64,000 bases of DNA from Eledone cirrhosa. Lineage: Eukaryota. Under the pieces are notes generated by a model. That model was given only the letters and a program-made list of their open reading frames with translations. It was not told the DNA's origin and did not search any database. A program made the position numbers and the translations under genes. Numbering within the stretch: the stretch's first letter is position 1; the number at the start of each line of letters is the position of its first letter. Shown piece by piece: positions 63,239 through 64,000 of this stretch. The stretch covers positions 260,834,001 to 260,898,000 of the forward strand of contig OZ024740.1 of NCBI GenBank assembly GCA_964016885.1, read 5' to 3'.

Positions 63239-64000
63239 ATGCCAAAGAAGGGAGATCTCTCTAACACCAACAACTACCGGGGGATCTCACTGACGTCACT
63301 TGTGGCAAAGACCCTCAACAGGATGATTCTTAACAGGATCCAGCCTGAGATGGAGAAGAAGCTCAGGGACAACCAGAACGGCTTCAGAGAGGGTAGATCA
63401 ACCACCAGTCACATCCTGATGCTGAGGAGGATATTAGAGGGAGCTAGAGCAAAGTGCCTTCCTGCGGTCATGGTTTTCATTGACTTTAGGAAGGCCTTTG
63501 ATTCTGTGGACCGTTACTGCCTGATGAAGATCTTACAGGCTTATGGAATCCCCAAGAGGATAGTGGACCTGATATCACTGCTCTACACCAACACCAAAGC
63601 CCAAGTCATTACACCTGATGGGATGACAGAGTTCTTTGAGATACTGGCTGGAGTGCTCCAGGGAGATACATTGGCTCCCTACCTTTTTATCATCGTAGTG
63701 GACTATTGTATGCGCCTTGCACTGGAGAAACACCAGGACTCTGGCTTTACTGTGGCACCGGCTCAGAGCAGGAGAGTTGGGGCGAAAAAGGTATCGGATG
63801 CTGAGTTTGCCGACGACATAGTTTTGGTGACAAATACAGTGAAGGAGGCAGGGGATTTGATGCGGGAGGTTGAGACTGTGTCGATGAGTGTGGGGCTGAG
63901 AATGAATGAGACTAAAACAAAATATCTGGTAGAGAATGTTGAGAAGCCAGAGGGGATCACTAATGTAGGCGGGAAGCCGCTGGAATTGGTTGAGGACTTC
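63239..64000 (+). CDS. Reverse transcriptase of a 5'-truncated RTE-type LINE, open to the window end
   Basis: Own translation (absent from the ORF track because there is no stop): PKKGDLS..NYRGISL..NQNGFREGRST..FIDFRKAFDSV..YGIP..GVLQGDTLAPYLFII..FADD..GLRMNETKTK, 254 codons with no stop. Confidence 0.92.
   Translation, partial: MPKKGDLSNTNNYRGISLTSLVAKTLNRMILNRIQPEMEKKLRDNQNGFREGRSTTSHILMLRRILEGARAKCLPAVMVFIDFRKAFDSVDRYCLMKILQAYGIPKRIVDLISLLYTNTKAQVITPDGMTEFFEILAGVLQGDTLAPYLFIIVVDYCMRLALEKHQDSGFTVAPAQSRRVGAKKVSDAEFADDIVLVTNTVKEAGDLMREVETVSMSVGLRMNETKTKYLVENVEKPEGITNVGGKPLELVEDF

Overview
Eukaryotic, gene-free, repeat-saturated DNA. The SINE types and microsatellite density suggest an octopod cephalopod, which is inference from recalled repeat motifs and not a database result. 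Bases 1-15.2 kb hold two satellites: a G-rich 10-bp/30-bp repeat and a 13-kb 48-bp satellite with higher-order structure that appears to have expanded from inside a SINE. Bases 16-43.8 kb are a dense retrotransposon nest. It contains six Tx1-type (L1 superfamily, APE+RT) elements, all on the minus strand and joined through (AAT)n tracts, interleaved with three R4/Dong-type (RT+RLE) elements, all on the plus strand. A Chapaev3-type DNA transposon and SINEs are nested in it. Bases 44-64 kb are microsatellite-rich. They carry Penelope-like elements with type I hammerhead ribozymes (including a 161-bp palindrome with a hammerhead on each strand), a (TATC)n-associated Tx1 family, a (TATG)n-associated non-autonomous element, MITEs, a Tc1/mariner remnant, and an RTE-type RT running off the right edge. 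No host protein-coding gene is supported. Coordinates were read by eye and may be off by a few bases.
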